NCBI GenBank assembly: GCA_937915865.1
Contig: CALGIG010000071.1
Location: 41,184-105,183 of the forward strand
DNA length: 64,000 nt
Direction: 5' to 3'
Origin: an uncultured Prolixibacteraceae bacterium
GTDB taxonomy: Bacteria > Bacteroidota > Bacteroidia > Bacteroidales > Prolixibacteraceae
The translations under genes were made by a program, and so were the position numbers. This document shows positions 47,144-56,293 of this stretch, piece after piece. Below the pieces are notes generated by a model. It was not told where the DNA came from and did no database searches. It worked only from the letters and a program-made list of their open reading frames with translations. Each line of letters begins with the position of its first letter. The first letter of the stretch is position 1.

Positions 47144-48232
47144 ATGACACCCAGAGTAGAGTCTAAAAGTAGTGAATTAGTTTCCATTTTCCATGAGCAA
47201 TCAGGTTGGAATCTAGCACGTGTTAAGTTCTTTGTTTTAATGATCAGTGCGCTGTGTAAAGTGCAAACAGTTGGTTTTGAGAAGTTAGCTACAGCATTCG
47301 ATTGCAATGCCAGTACCAGTTCGTCCCTGAGGAGAATACAACGGTTTATGGCAGGTTATCTTCTGGATACAGATTTGATTGCAAGGTTGATATTTAGGTT
47401 ATTACCAAATAAACCTCCTTTTCGCTTAGCTATGGACCGCACGAATTGGAAGTTTGGGCAGCAGAATATCAATGTATTGGTGATTGCAGTTGTTTATCAC
47501 GGAGTTGCTTTTCCTCTGTTGTTTAAGTTGTTGCCAAAATTTGGCAATTCAAATACCAGTGAACGCATTGAATTGATTGAGCGGTTTATCCGCCTTTTTG
47601 GTACTGCATCGCTGGATTGTTTGACCGCAGATCGGGAGTTTGTAGGAGAAAGATGGATCAAATACCTGAATGATAACCGGATTCGATACTATATCCGCAT
47701 TCGCGAAAACTTTTGGGTTATGCAACCTCACAATGGCAAGCAAGTCAAAGCCAGTTGGTTGTTTACCGATTTGCCAATGAATGGTTGCCGGGTGAATCAC
47801 CGGATTGTTTATCTGAACAATCAACTGTGTTATCTCTCTGCATCAAAAGGAAAAGACAAAGACGGAAAACCTGAATTGCAGATTGTTATCTCATTCAACA
47901 AGCCAGACAGTGCGCTGGAGTTATATAAAGAGCGCTGGCAAATTGAAACAGCGTTCAGAGCACTGAAAACAAGCGGGTTCAATATTGAAGATACCCACTT
48001 GACCGAAATAGAAAGAATTGAAAAACTATTTGCACTGGTGATCGTTGCTTTTACCTGGGCATATCTGGTTGGTGATTATTTGCACAGATATATCAAACCA
48101 ATCCCGATAAAGAAGCATGGAAATAAGGCTAAAAGTTTATTCAAATATGGACTAACTTATATTGCAACTGTCCTTTTAAACGCTTTCTTTCAAGATGATA
48201 TCGATATATTCAAATTTTTGTCATGTACATAG
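47144..48232 (+). CDS. IS4-family DDE transposase (outer element).
   Basis: 362 aa with the YKERWQIETAFRALKTSGFNIEDTHL signature. The stop codon lies inside the right IR. Confidence 0.9.
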   Translation: MTPRVESKSSELVSIFHEQSGWNLARVKFFVLMISALCKVQTVGFEKLATAFDCNASTSSSLRRIQRFMAGYLLDTDLIARLIFRLLPNKPPFRLAMDRTNWKFGQQNINVLVIAVVYHGVAFPLLFKLLPKFGNSNTSERIELIERFIRLFGTASLDCLTADREFVGERWIKYLNDNRIRYYIRIRENFWVMQPHNGKQVKASWLFTDLPMNGCRVNHRIVYLNNQLCYLSASKGKDKDGKPELQIVISFNKPDSALELYKERWQIETAFRALKTSGFNIEDTHLTEIERIEKLFALVIVAFTWAYLVGDYLHRYIKPIPIKKHGNKAKSLFKYGLTYIATVLLNAFFQDDIDIFKFLSCT

Positions 48233-48268
48233 ATCATAAACCTTAAAATTAAATAATACCAATACATT

Positions 48269-48937
48269 ATGGAAGAATTACTCGAAGAACTACTCGAAGC
48301 CGTCGAACTAGGGAAAGTGGATTTGAAATCACCGTTTCCGCCCCAGCTTCGAGGCATGGATGGCGCCCTCGAACTTACAGTAAAAGCGTTGGAGTCCGGT
48401 GTTGGTCCCCAGCAAATACTTGAAAGTGCATTGGTTCCTGCTATGGACCGGGTGGGTAAAAAATTCTCCGAAAACAAGATTTTCGTACCTCAAATGCTCA
48501 TGTCGGCCAAAGCTATGGGCGCTTCGATGACCCAGCTCAAACCATTTTTCACTTCCGGCGAAATTAAAACAAAGGGCACGTTTATTATCGGAACCGTTAA
48601 AGGCGATTTGCACGACATCGGTAAAAACCTGGTAGCCATGATGGTGGAAGGAGCAGGTTGGACAGTTATCGATCTTGGCGTTGATGTTCCTTCGACAAGA
48701 TACCTTGAGGCCCTGAGTAACAACCCGGGAGCAGTTGTGGCTTTATCGGCCCTGCTGACCACCACGATGGTTTATATGGGAGAGATTGTATCCGACATCA
48801 AAGCACAGATTCCTGATGCAAAAGTTTTTATTGGCGGAGCACCGGTTAACAACGATTTCTGTAAAAAGATAGGAGCCGATTTCTACGCTCCAGATCCACA
48901 AGGCGTGGTGGAACACCTGAACAAACTGGCCTCTTAG
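48269..48937 (+). CDS. mtaC: Corrinoid (cobalamin-binding) protein, MtaC-like.
   Basis: 222 aa with GDLHDIGKN (DxHxxG), SALLTTT and IGGAP. It is a paralog of 5835..6506 and lies directly upstream of the MtaB-like gene. Confidence 0.88.
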   Translation: MEELLEELLEAVELGKVDLKSPFPPQLRGMDGALELTVKALESGVGPQQILESALVPAMDRVGKKFSENKIFVPQMLMSAKAMGASMTQLKPFFTSGEIKTKGTFIIGTVKGDLHDIGKNLVAMMVEGAGWTVIDLGVDVPSTRYLEALSNNPGAVVALSALLTTTMVYMGEIVSDIKAQIPDAKVFIGGAPVNNDFCKKIGADFYAPDPQGVVEHLNKLAS

Positions 48938-48989
48938 TAAATTAACTACGGATTATAAATTAACCTAATTGCCATAAAAATATGGCAAA

Positions 48990-50429
48990 ATGGGGTTGTT
49001 TGCCCAGTGTTATAGCAACAACAAATTTAGTAATACATTAAAAAACAGTAATGTGAAGTATAAAAGTTTAGTAATAACCAATCCTGAAGACCTGATGTTC
49101 GGGATTGCCCCCAATCCGGTAAAGACGAGGCGGGGACTTGAAATCGGGGGCGGACAGGTTTATGCCGAATTGAATTTTACCCTCCCGGTAATGAGTATCA
49201 ATGAAAATACTCTTTCTGAAGTGTACGGCCACTACCGCGAAATTACCGAAGGCGCCCTTGAACGCGCTCTTGAGCTGAACTCGAAAGGTGTTGTCCTGGA
49301 ACTGGAAACGCTGCTTGAAATGACCAAAACTCCAAAGATTGGAATCGGGATTGTTAAGATCATGAATGAGATTTGTGAAGACTATTACCAAAAATATGGC
49401 CTTGCTTCAGAAATCCGCCTGACACCTAACGACCTGCGCGAATTTGAGCGCCCGGCCAAACAACGAACTTCGGCATATTTAGAGCCGATGATGGAACTAT
49501 TTGAGCAAGGGATGATTGAAGGCGGTGACTTACTTTCAATAGAGAGTACCGGCGGAAAAGAAGTTTCGGACGAAGCGTTGATGATGTGTGACGTTAAAGG
49601 AGTTGTTTTTGCTTTGGCCGTTCTTGGAGTGAGGGATATGCAGTTTCTGTGGAAAAAAATCGTATCTCTGGCCATTAAGTATAACAAAATTGCTGCCGGT
49701 GATTCTGCCTGCGGATTTGCCAATACGGCCATGGTCCTGGCCGAAAAAAAATACATTCCGCGGGTATTTGCTGCTTTGGTGCGCGTAATTTCGGTGGTTC
49801 GTTCGATTGTCGCCATGGAAGAAGGCGCCATTGGCCCTGATAAAGATTGCGGTTACGAAGGCCCGTTCCTGAAAGCCATTACCGGAATCCCGATTTCGAT
49901 GGAGGGGAAAACTGCCGCCTGTGCACACCTCAGTCCAATCGGCAATATTGCCTCTGCCTGTTGTGATTTGTGGAGTAATGAATCGGTGCAGAACATTAAA
50001 TTGCTTTCAGGTATGGCCCCGACAGCTTATATGGAGCAACTCGAATACGATGCGCGGCTGATAAATCAGGCTTTAATAGCCGGAACAGTTCCCAGCCATA
50101 TTTTGCAACAATTACTGGTTGCTTCCGATGTTTATACCGACCCGCAGGCGTTGATCCTTTCGCCGGAAAATGTGATTCGTATATCGAAAGAATTGGTAAA
50201 AGGCGATTCGTATGTGGCTAATGCTCGGAATGGCGCTTTGGCAGCCCTGGATATTATTGAAGAGGTTCTCCGGTCAGGGAAAATGAAACTTTCAGAACTG
50301 GAAACCGGTTATCTCCCGATCCTTCGCGATGAATTAAACAGCATTCCCGAAAATGAAAGCGATTTTGTGGAGATGATGATGCCGCTTATCGATCAAAGCA
50401 AATTCATCCCGGCCGAATACGGATTGTAA
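48990..50429 (+). CDS. mtaB: Methanol:corrinoid methyltransferase MtaB-family protein.
   Basis: 479 aa, collinear by eye with methanogen MtaB as I remember it. Shared segments are LLSIESTGGKEV, AAGDSACGFANTAM, GPDKDCGYEG, MEGKTAACAH and CCDLWSNES. The first ~21 codons may be an over-extension, since an in-frame GTG lies at 49053. Confidence 0.8.
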   Translation: MGLFAQCYSNNKFSNTLKNSNVKYKSLVITNPEDLMFGIAPNPVKTRRGLEIGGGQVYAELNFTLPVMSINENTLSEVYGHYREITEGALERALELNSKGVVLELETLLEMTKTPKIGIGIVKIMNEICEDYYQKYGLASEIRLTPNDLREFERPAKQRTSAYLEPMMELFEQGMIEGGDLLSIESTGGKEVSDEALMMCDVKGVVFALAVLGVRDMQFLWKKIVSLAIKYNKIAAGDSACGFANTAMVLAEKKYIPRVFAALVRVISVVRSIVAMEEGAIGPDKDCGYEGPFLKAITGIPISMEGKTAACAHLSPIGNIASACCDLWSNESVQNIKLLSGMAPTAYMEQLEYDARLINQALIAGTVPSHILQQLLVASDVYTDPQALILSPENVIRISKELVKGDSYVANARNGALAALDIIEEVLRSGKMKLSELETGYLPILRDELNSIPENESDFVEMMMPLIDQSKFIPAEYGL

Positions 50430-50480
50430 AATAGTTTATCTTTGAAGCCGGGCAACCCATTGTCCAGCTTTTTTATTCTT

Positions 50481-51422
50481 ATGGAAAAAATTCCGGTAAA
50501 TATCATTTCCGGGTTCCTCGGTTCAGGGAAAACTACGGCAATCATACGGCTTTTAGAGCAAAAACGACCAGAGGAATGCTGGGCCATCGTGGTGAACGAA
50601 TTCGGGAAAGTGCCCATCGACGGGCAAACCCTGCAATCCAAATCAGTCACCGGCTCGGTTTTCGATATTTTGGGCGGGTGCATCTGCTGTTCGGCCAAAA
50701 TCTACCTGAAAGAAAACCTTGAAAAGATCGTTGAAACCAAAAAATTTGACCGGATCATCATCGAACCCAGCGGATTGGGTGGTATTGAAATGGTTTCTGA
50801 AATGGTTGGGCTAATCCCGCAACTCAGTTTAATGCCGGTTATTTGCATGGTGGACATTACCGGTACAGACAACCCTAAATTCCGGCGAATTCCGATATGC
50901 AGCGCTCAAATCAGGATGTCGGACAGGATTGTTTTTAGTAAATGCGACCTGCTGGATTCTCCCGGGCAGCAGGATGAACTGGTAACCAGGTTCAAATTGG
51001 CATTTCCCGATAAGCATTCCTGTTTTGTTGGCACAAAAGTGACCATCGCGGTTTTAAACCCACCTGATCCGGAGGAAAAAACGAAAGAACCGAATTCAAA
51101 AACCTATTTTATCCCGGCACATCACCTGACCGACGGGAACTTTAGGGAGCAGGCCTTTCAATTTGAAGCCGACCGGATTTTTGCTCCGGAAGCTTTAAAA
51201 ACTGTTTTTGCCGCAAATCCGTCCATCATCCGGGCCAAAGGACATATCTGTACCACCAGCGGCTGGGTGCTGTTCAACTATACACTGTCGGGGTACCATT
51301 CAGAACCTTGCCCGGAAAAAGAACAAAGTGAGATTATTATTATTGCTGAAAAATCAGGTTCTGACCAGTTCCAAAACCTCGAAGCCGACATTGAGAAATC
51401 AGGTGTTTGGGGTACTTTTTGA
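50481..51422 (+). CDS. COG0523/CobW-family G3E GTPase.
   Basis: I chose the start at ATG 50481 (MEKIPVNIISGFLGSGKTT). It has the canonical GCICC metal motif. It is a paralog of 3523..4425. Confidence 0.85.
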   Translation: MEKIPVNIISGFLGSGKTTAIIRLLEQKRPEECWAIVVNEFGKVPIDGQTLQSKSVTGSVFDILGGCICCSAKIYLKENLEKIVETKKFDRIIIEPSGLGGIEMVSEMVGLIPQLSLMPVICMVDITGTDNPKFRRIPICSAQIRMSDRIVFSKCDLLDSPGQQDELVTRFKLAFPDKHSCFVGTKVTIAVLNPPDPEEKTKEPNSKTYFIPAHHLTDGNFREQAFQFEADRIFAPEALKTVFAANPSIIRAKGHICTTSGWVLFNYTLSGYHSEPCPEKEQSEIIIIAEKSGSDQFQNLEADIEKSGVWGTF

Positions 51423-51445
51423 AATCAGTTAAAAAATATACACTT

Positions 51446-51991
51446 ATGAAAAAACATAACTTACAAATTAACCAACAAAACTTTACGGTACATGCAGACG
51501 GACATCAGTTTGATGTAGGCAAAGCTGTCTGCAAAGAATTAAAGGGGACAGAACGAGCAGCATTTTATGTTTGTACAGCAGGCAAAACTATTAGTGAAGA
51601 ATCTTCCAGGTTACTATACGGCGAAGATCCCATTTTGGGATACATTTTGGATATTATGGGAAGTATGATTACCGAGGCCGCCTGTGATTTGCTTCAGTCT
51701 CGGTTAAAGAAAGAGATGGAATTAACAAATGAGTTATTGACCAATCGATATAGTCCAGGGTACTGTCAATGGCCGGTAGCCGATCAGCATAAGCTATTTT
51801 CATTGTTTCCTGAAAATGTTTGTGGAATATCGCTGTCGGATTCGGCCCTGATGTCTCCCCTGAAATCAGTAAGTGGCATTATTGGAATTGGAGAAAAGGT
51901 AAAATTCAGGAAGCATGTTTGCACGCTCTGTTCAAGTAAAGATTGCATTTATCGTAGAATCAAGAAGGATATAAAAAAACTTAAATATTAA
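51446..51991 (+). CDS. MetH activation-domain-like protein with a C-terminal Cys cluster (shorter paralog).
   Basis: I chose the start at ATG 51446. It has NRYSPGYCQWPVADQHKLFSLF and CTLCSSKDCIYR. It lacks the ~55 N-terminal residues present in the 2816..3526 product. Confidence 0.7.
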   Translation: MKKHNLQINQQNFTVHADGHQFDVGKAVCKELKGTERAAFYVCTAGKTISEESSRLLYGEDPILGYILDIMGSMITEAACDLLQSRLKKEMELTNELLTNRYSPGYCQWPVADQHKLFSLFPENVCGISLSDSALMSPLKSVSGIIGIGEKVKFRKHVCTLCSSKDCIYRRIKKDIKKLKY

Positions 51992-52378
51992 ATCTTTCAA
52001 ACCTGGCCACCAGAACGATTCGAGATTCACGTTATGTTCATAAATTTTTCTCCTTACGCAGATAGTCAGAACGTATTTTTTTGCGGTTAATATTCAGTTG
52101 TTAATACTATTGCCTTTTCCGAAAAGCAGCAATAAAAAGATTTTCAGACATTCGGGGTCAGGCTATTTATTTGTTAATCTTTATAATTAAGCTATTAGAA
52201 AGCATCAAAAATGGAGCCTGCAAATAGTCTCGTATAAACAGATAAATAGTTTACATCTGTTTTCGAAAATAATAAAAACTGGTTAAATCTGTCCGATCGC
52301 GGATTGGCTGGATGAGTGAAACTATTTTTTTGTATCAAATCTGAACATTTTATATCTTTGGAATATTGAAATCGTTCT

Positions 52379-54094
52379 TCAATTCATTGCAGTGACAAAA
52401 TCGAGACCAAAAAAAATCAAGACTCGATAACAAACTGAATTTAAGCTTAATAACATTCCAAAACATGCCCTTGTTCTGGGCACCAAAGCGGATGTTTCGT
52501 CAATATTGACAAAACATCCGCTTTTATTTTGTTCCAAAACCCGCTTCAGTTGCGGGATTGCTGAGAAAAAAGTGTTCACTCTCGTGGTTCGATATTGATC
52601 GAATTCTCGATTATAGATAATTCCTTCAGGAAATAGCAAACTTTGAAATACCTGCTTGCCATTAAAATCCAAATCATTCCACATTATCAACGGATTACAG
52701 CATACTTTAACAGCAAAGTCAATCACTTTTTTGAGGTTCGAGAAATATCCGTCACTCTTATTCAATTCCCGTTCAATCTCAAAACATTCCTTTTCATATT
52801 TGGGTCTGAATTTATCGTAAAGATTACGGTCAATCTCTCCAATGACAAATCTTTCCTCAATAGCCTCCAATTTCTTTTTAACCTCAGCCAAGTTACTTTT
52901 TAATACTCTGGTATCTTTAAAACTGGATGCAAAGAAAACATTCATTTGCTCCTCTAACTGAATTCTGACTATTTCAAACTCATCCTTTCCTATTTGAAAA
53001 CATTTCAATAGGTCCCGAAATAAATCATGCATTGCTTTCGCACTTCGGTTTACTTTGCATCCTTTGGTGCTGCATTTGTAATAATACAGTCCTTTCTTTT
53101 TGACTAAGTATCCTGTTAGAGGTTGTTTGCATTTATCACATTGAGTAAAAATTTTCAGAGGTAGGTTGTCATTTTCTTTGTCGTGCACAAAACCCTGACT
53201 TCTCTTTTCCTCCCTGATATTGTGTACCGCCAAAAACAGTTCTTTTGAAACTAATGGTTCGTGCCTCCCTTCTATGACCTGACCAGGTATCATTTTACTC
53301 GTAAGAAGCCCACAATAAAAGGGATTTAAGAATATCTCATTCAGCCGTTTTTCGTTAATATTTAGTCCCTTGCGGAACAAATGTCTCGAAATTTCTGCAT
53401 TAGAGAACTTCTTGTAAACTTTCAATTCAAACGCACTTTTCAATAGCTTTCCTTGTTCATTAACCACCAGATTACGCTGATTAGCCTTCCCTTTATTTAA
53501 ATCCTTGTATCCAAATGGTATTCGCCACACCCAATACCCATTCAAAAGATGTTCCTTCATTCCTGTAATTACCTTATCCCGCCTTAACTCATTGTCCATT
53601 TGCCCAAATAGGAACAATATCTTCTGCTGAAAAGAACCTGCTGGGGTTCTCGGGTCAAGTTCCTGTGTTGCAGCCAAGGTCATAACCCCATATTTTTTTA
53701 ATAGATCTTCTGCAATAGAAGCCCCGTTAATGCCAGAGCGTGAAAAACGTTCATACGAATAAACTATCACATAATTGATGTTCTTTGTACGTTTTACGAA
53801 GGTCAGCATCCGGTTAAACTCTTTCCTATCATCTGTTTTAGCAGACTCATAAGTTCCGCCAAAATATCCAACCACATTCAGGCCTCTTCGATCTGCATAT
53901 ATCTCGCAATGTTTCTTCTGTGATGCCAGACTGGTATTGTCTTCCTGTTCTGCTGACGATACTCGAGTATAAACAACCGCATTATTCCCCTCCTGAAATT
54001 GCTTTGGAGCCTGAGGAGCAAACTGTTTAAATAGGCTTAAATCACTCATTGCAATAATATATTGAGTTAAATCGAAGATAGAATTTTGCAACAA
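52379..54094 (-). CDS. Large serine recombinase (resolvase/invertase N-domain, recombinase domain and zinc ribbon).
   Basis: 571 aa. It has AVVYTRVSSAEQ with a catalytic Ser context, and later CDKCKQPL...YYYKCSTKGC. An alternative start lies at 54049. Confidence 0.88.
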   Translation of the reverse strand: MLQNSIFDLTQYIIAMSDLSLFKQFAPQAPKQFQEGNNAVVYTRVSSAEQEDNTSLASQKKHCEIYADRRGLNVVGYFGGTYESAKTDDRKEFNRMLTFVKRTKNINYVIVYSYERFSRSGINGASIAEDLLKKYGVMTLAATQELDPRTPAGSFQQKILFLFGQMDNELRRDKVITGMKEHLLNGYWVWRIPFGYKDLNKGKANQRNLVVNEQGKLLKSAFELKVYKKFSNAEISRHLFRKGLNINEKRLNEIFLNPFYCGLLTSKMIPGQVIEGRHEPLVSKELFLAVHNIREEKRSQGFVHDKENDNLPLKIFTQCDKCKQPLTGYLVKKKGLYYYKCSTKGCKVNRSAKAMHDLFRDLLKCFQIGKDEFEIVRIQLEEQMNVFFASSFKDTRVLKSNLAEVKKKLEAIEERFVIGEIDRNLYDKFRPKYEKECFEIERELNKSDGYFSNLKKVIDFAVKVCCNPLIMWNDLDFNGKQVFQSLLFPEGIIYNREFDQYRTTRVNTFFSAIPQLKRVLEQNKSGCFVNIDETSALVPRTRACFGMLLSLNSVCYRVLIFFGLDFVTAMN

Positions 54095-54115
54095 ATTTTG
54101 AACCAGAATCTCGTG

Positions 54116-54301
54116 TTATTTCTTCAAAAAGAGGGCTTTCAAGATCAAAAGAGCAATGGTTTCTGCATCTTTAATAAGCTGTTCATAATCTTCAACAGAC
54201 AAATCCTTGTATTTGGGAACAAGACGTAGTTTTTCCAGGGGTATTCTACTTTTTACTCTTTCGGTTGCCTCTTCTATATTTTTGCTTTGCTTTTCCCCCA
54301 T
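54116..54301 (-). CDS. Hypothetical small protein upstream of the serine recombinase.
   Basis: 61 codons from ATG 54301 (MGEKQSKNIEEATERV...), same strand, 22 bp upstream of the recombinase ORF. No motif found. This is a weak call. Confidence 0.25.
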   Translation of the reverse strand: MGEKQSKNIEEATERVKSRIPLEKLRLVPKYKDLSVEDYEQLIKDAETIALLILKALFLKK

Positions 54302-54490
54302 GGTATAATAAAGCTGAAACCAGAAATATTGATTTTGTTGTTTTAGCTTTAACAAACCTATGGAATGTATTGATATATTGGAAAATAGAAGATAAACTGA
54401 CTGAAAGTGGCTGTATTTGTCCGGATTCATATCTTAGACATTCAAAGAACAAGCAATGCATTTCTTTTTTCATAGAAATAAATTCAATGT

Positions 54491-55056
54491 TCCGATCCCT
54501 CCAGCCCCTTCATTCCGGTCTTTCGGTTCTCATTCTCTACATTCAGGAGCTTCCAGTTCCCGCGCAAGAGTAACTCCTTTATTTCGCTAATTCACCCTAA
54601 GCGGGTTGACCCGCTCATTCAATCGTTACACTTGCCTTGCTCACGCCATCAAGATTCTCAAATAAAGTTCCTGTGCTTCCGGTAACTTTATTACATATAT
54701 TTTTCCGAACCCGTTCGGAACATTTCTTCCATTCAGTAACCTTCAACACCGCGCACAAGAGTAAATGCTTCATTTCACTTCACTCGCCCTGCTTTCGGAC
54801 AGACCTCGCTACTTTTCATTCTACATCCACACTTGTTTTTGCCACCGCCCAGGATTTTAGAAAACGTTTAATGACATTTTGCCCCATCCCTTCAGCCCCT
54901 TCTTTCCGGTCTTTCGTTCCTCTCTCCCTGCATTCAGGAGCTTTCGGTTCCCGCTCAAGAGTAACTCTTTCATTTCGCTAAATCACCCTAAACGGGTTGA
55001 CTCGCTCATTCAATCGTTACACTTGCCTTTGCCTGCGCACCATTAAGATTTTTTGG
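54491..55056. repeat. Three tandem non-coding repeat units of ~190-200 bp. The outer two are well conserved and the middle one is degenerate.
   Basis: Unit 1 is 54491-54660 and unit 3 is 54881-55056. I estimate them at roughly 85 percent identical by eye, for example cattcaggagcttccagttcccgcgcaagagtaactcc against cattcaggagctttcggttcccgctcaagagtaactct. Unit 2, about 54690-54880, is clearly related but diverged. No long ORF spans the units on the minus strand. Confidence 0.7.
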
Positions 55057-55579
55057 AAAATGTCTCACTGCCCTTTTTGCAAAATGGGTTGCTAATCTCT
55101 CCGATCACCCATATAAAAGTTCTTCTTTCTCCATTGTACTTATTTAAAATCTGGCCTTTCCGTCTGGTGTTGCTGTTTTGATGACAAAGGTAAATCCGTG
55201 TTTTGAGGGTGAGCAAGTTCAAGCCTGCGGTTTTGCAGAAAATCTCCATGCTCCTTTGTCGGATAGTATTTTCTACAAAAAACCTGCATACCCAAACACG
55301 ACCTTTTTCAGCCACCAAAACAACAACGACCGACCCGATGGAAAGACGCATAACGTTAAACGAATCGGCGATGAAAAAGAAAAATGATAATAACAATTTT
55401 GAAAATGTCAGTAACGAACAACAAAACTCACTCACCTCAAGAATCCGCATAGGGTTGGATGAGAATTTTGGATTAACTAGAAACGGAAAAAGGAATAAAG
55501 CCAGTGTTTTAGCGGGGTGTTGAGAGCTTAGGTATTACTTAATTATCATTATTTTTGAACTAATGAAAATTCTTGAATT

Positions 55580-56293
55580 ATGAATTTGGATGTATTGTGT
55601 AGTCCTACATTACAACACCTCAATGAAATAAGGGAATGGCTCCAAAAGGAAGATCGTTCGTCCAATGAAGGTTTTTTCTGTCAAATAGATACGATTGAGA
55701 ATTCATTTCGAAAAAACCGGATCATAGTCATTACCAAAGATGATGTTGCGATTGGTTTTCTTACATTTTACTACTCTGACTACATTGTCAATATAGAAAT
55801 TGCTGAGGTCAAACCTAGTGAGAGAAAAAAGGGAATTGGTAAATTATTATTACAACGTAGTTTTGACAAATTTATTAAAGATGGAGTGTTAGTTGCTCAA
55901 TTATTTTGTGCTCCTGCGAGTTCTGAGAAAATATGGAAAAAAATGGGATTCAATAACTTTCCCAATAAAATAATTAAGGAATCAAGAATTTATTTGTATC
56001 ACATATTGGTGGAAACAGCAGAATTTTATACTCAAGAGAACGAGACTGAGCTGATAGAATTATGGGATTTTGAAGATTATAAGAATGAGCATCTCCCGAA
56101 ATGGAGATGGGAGGTGAAACGTAAAGAAAAGTCGAATAATTTGATTAAACCAATAATTTACCCATGCTCAGATGAATGGTCTGTAGCTCATAAGATTGGC
56201 TCAGAAATAAGTGAAAAAAGAATAATGAAATATTTTGACAAGAAGAAACATGATGGAGGATATTTTTTGATTGTCACTGAACTTGAAACATAA
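55580..56293 (+). CDS. GNAT-family acetyltransferase domain fused to a ~100-aa C-terminal domain of unknown function.
   Basis: 237 aa. The acetyl-CoA-binding-like segment is ERKKGIGKLLLQRSFDKFIKDG...KIWKKMGF. It lies in an AT-rich island on the strand opposite to the tra genes. Confidence 0.6.
   Translation: MNLDVLCSPTLQHLNEIREWLQKEDRSSNEGFFCQIDTIENSFRKNRIIVITKDDVAIGFLTFYYSDYIVNIEIAEVKPSERKKGIGKLLLQRSFDKFIKDGVLVAQLFCAPASSEKIWKKMGFNNFPNKIIKESRIYLYHILVETAEFYTQENETELIELWDFEDYKNEHLPKWRWEVKRKEKSNNLIKPIIYPCSDEWSVAHKIGSEISEKRIMKYFDKKKHDGGYFLIVTELET

Larger units (their letters stand above)
45721..48232 (+). mobile_element. IS4-family element (about 1.2 kb) interrupted in its left inverted repeat by a second IS. 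The outer target-site duplication is ATCATAAACCT.
   Basis: The direct repeat atcataaacct sits at 45710-45720 and 48233-48243. The left IR is TAGTACAT|GACAAAAAAAT, split across 45721-45728 and 47035 onward. The reverse complement of the right end is CTATGTACATGACAAAAATTT. Confidence 0.8.

Noticed and set aside
48190-48477. 95-aa minus-strand ORF with a poly-Ser run spanning the IS end and the mtaC start.
   Set aside because: It is antisense to the well-supported corrinoid protein gene. The poly-Ser run is the reverse reading of the EELLEELLE repeat.
48990-49052. N-terminal 21 codons of the mtaB ORF (MGLFAQCYSNNKFSNTLKNSN).
   Set aside because: I did not reject the gene itself. This extension has no counterpart in MtaB as I recall it and is low-complexity. 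The true start may be the in-frame GTG at 49053, which cannot be decided from sequence alone.
49068-50698. Minus-strand ORFs inside mtaB and the COG0523 gene (49068..49391, 49385..49831, 49536..49928, 50393..50698).
   Set aside because: They are antisense to genes with strong family signatures.
51992-52378. Search for a tRNA gene or an obvious att repeat at the presumed ICE boundary.
   Set aside because: I found no tRNA-like T-arm or acceptor pattern here or anywhere in the window, and no repeat I could pair within it. The other ICE end lies outside the window.
54491-55056. CRISPR array, retron or DGR as explanations for the tandem repeats.
   Set aside because: The ~195-bp period is far longer than CRISPR repeat-spacer units, and there are no short identical repeats or cas genes. 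No reverse transcriptase is nearby, and the differences between units are not adenine-specific. The repeats are kept as an unexplained finding only.
54637-55523. ORFs 54637..54981(+), 55043..55450(-), 55178..55387(+) and 55203..55523(+).
   Set aside because: They cross the tandem repeats or the AT-rich spacer, overlap one another, and translate to low-complexity sequence. I cannot support them as genes.
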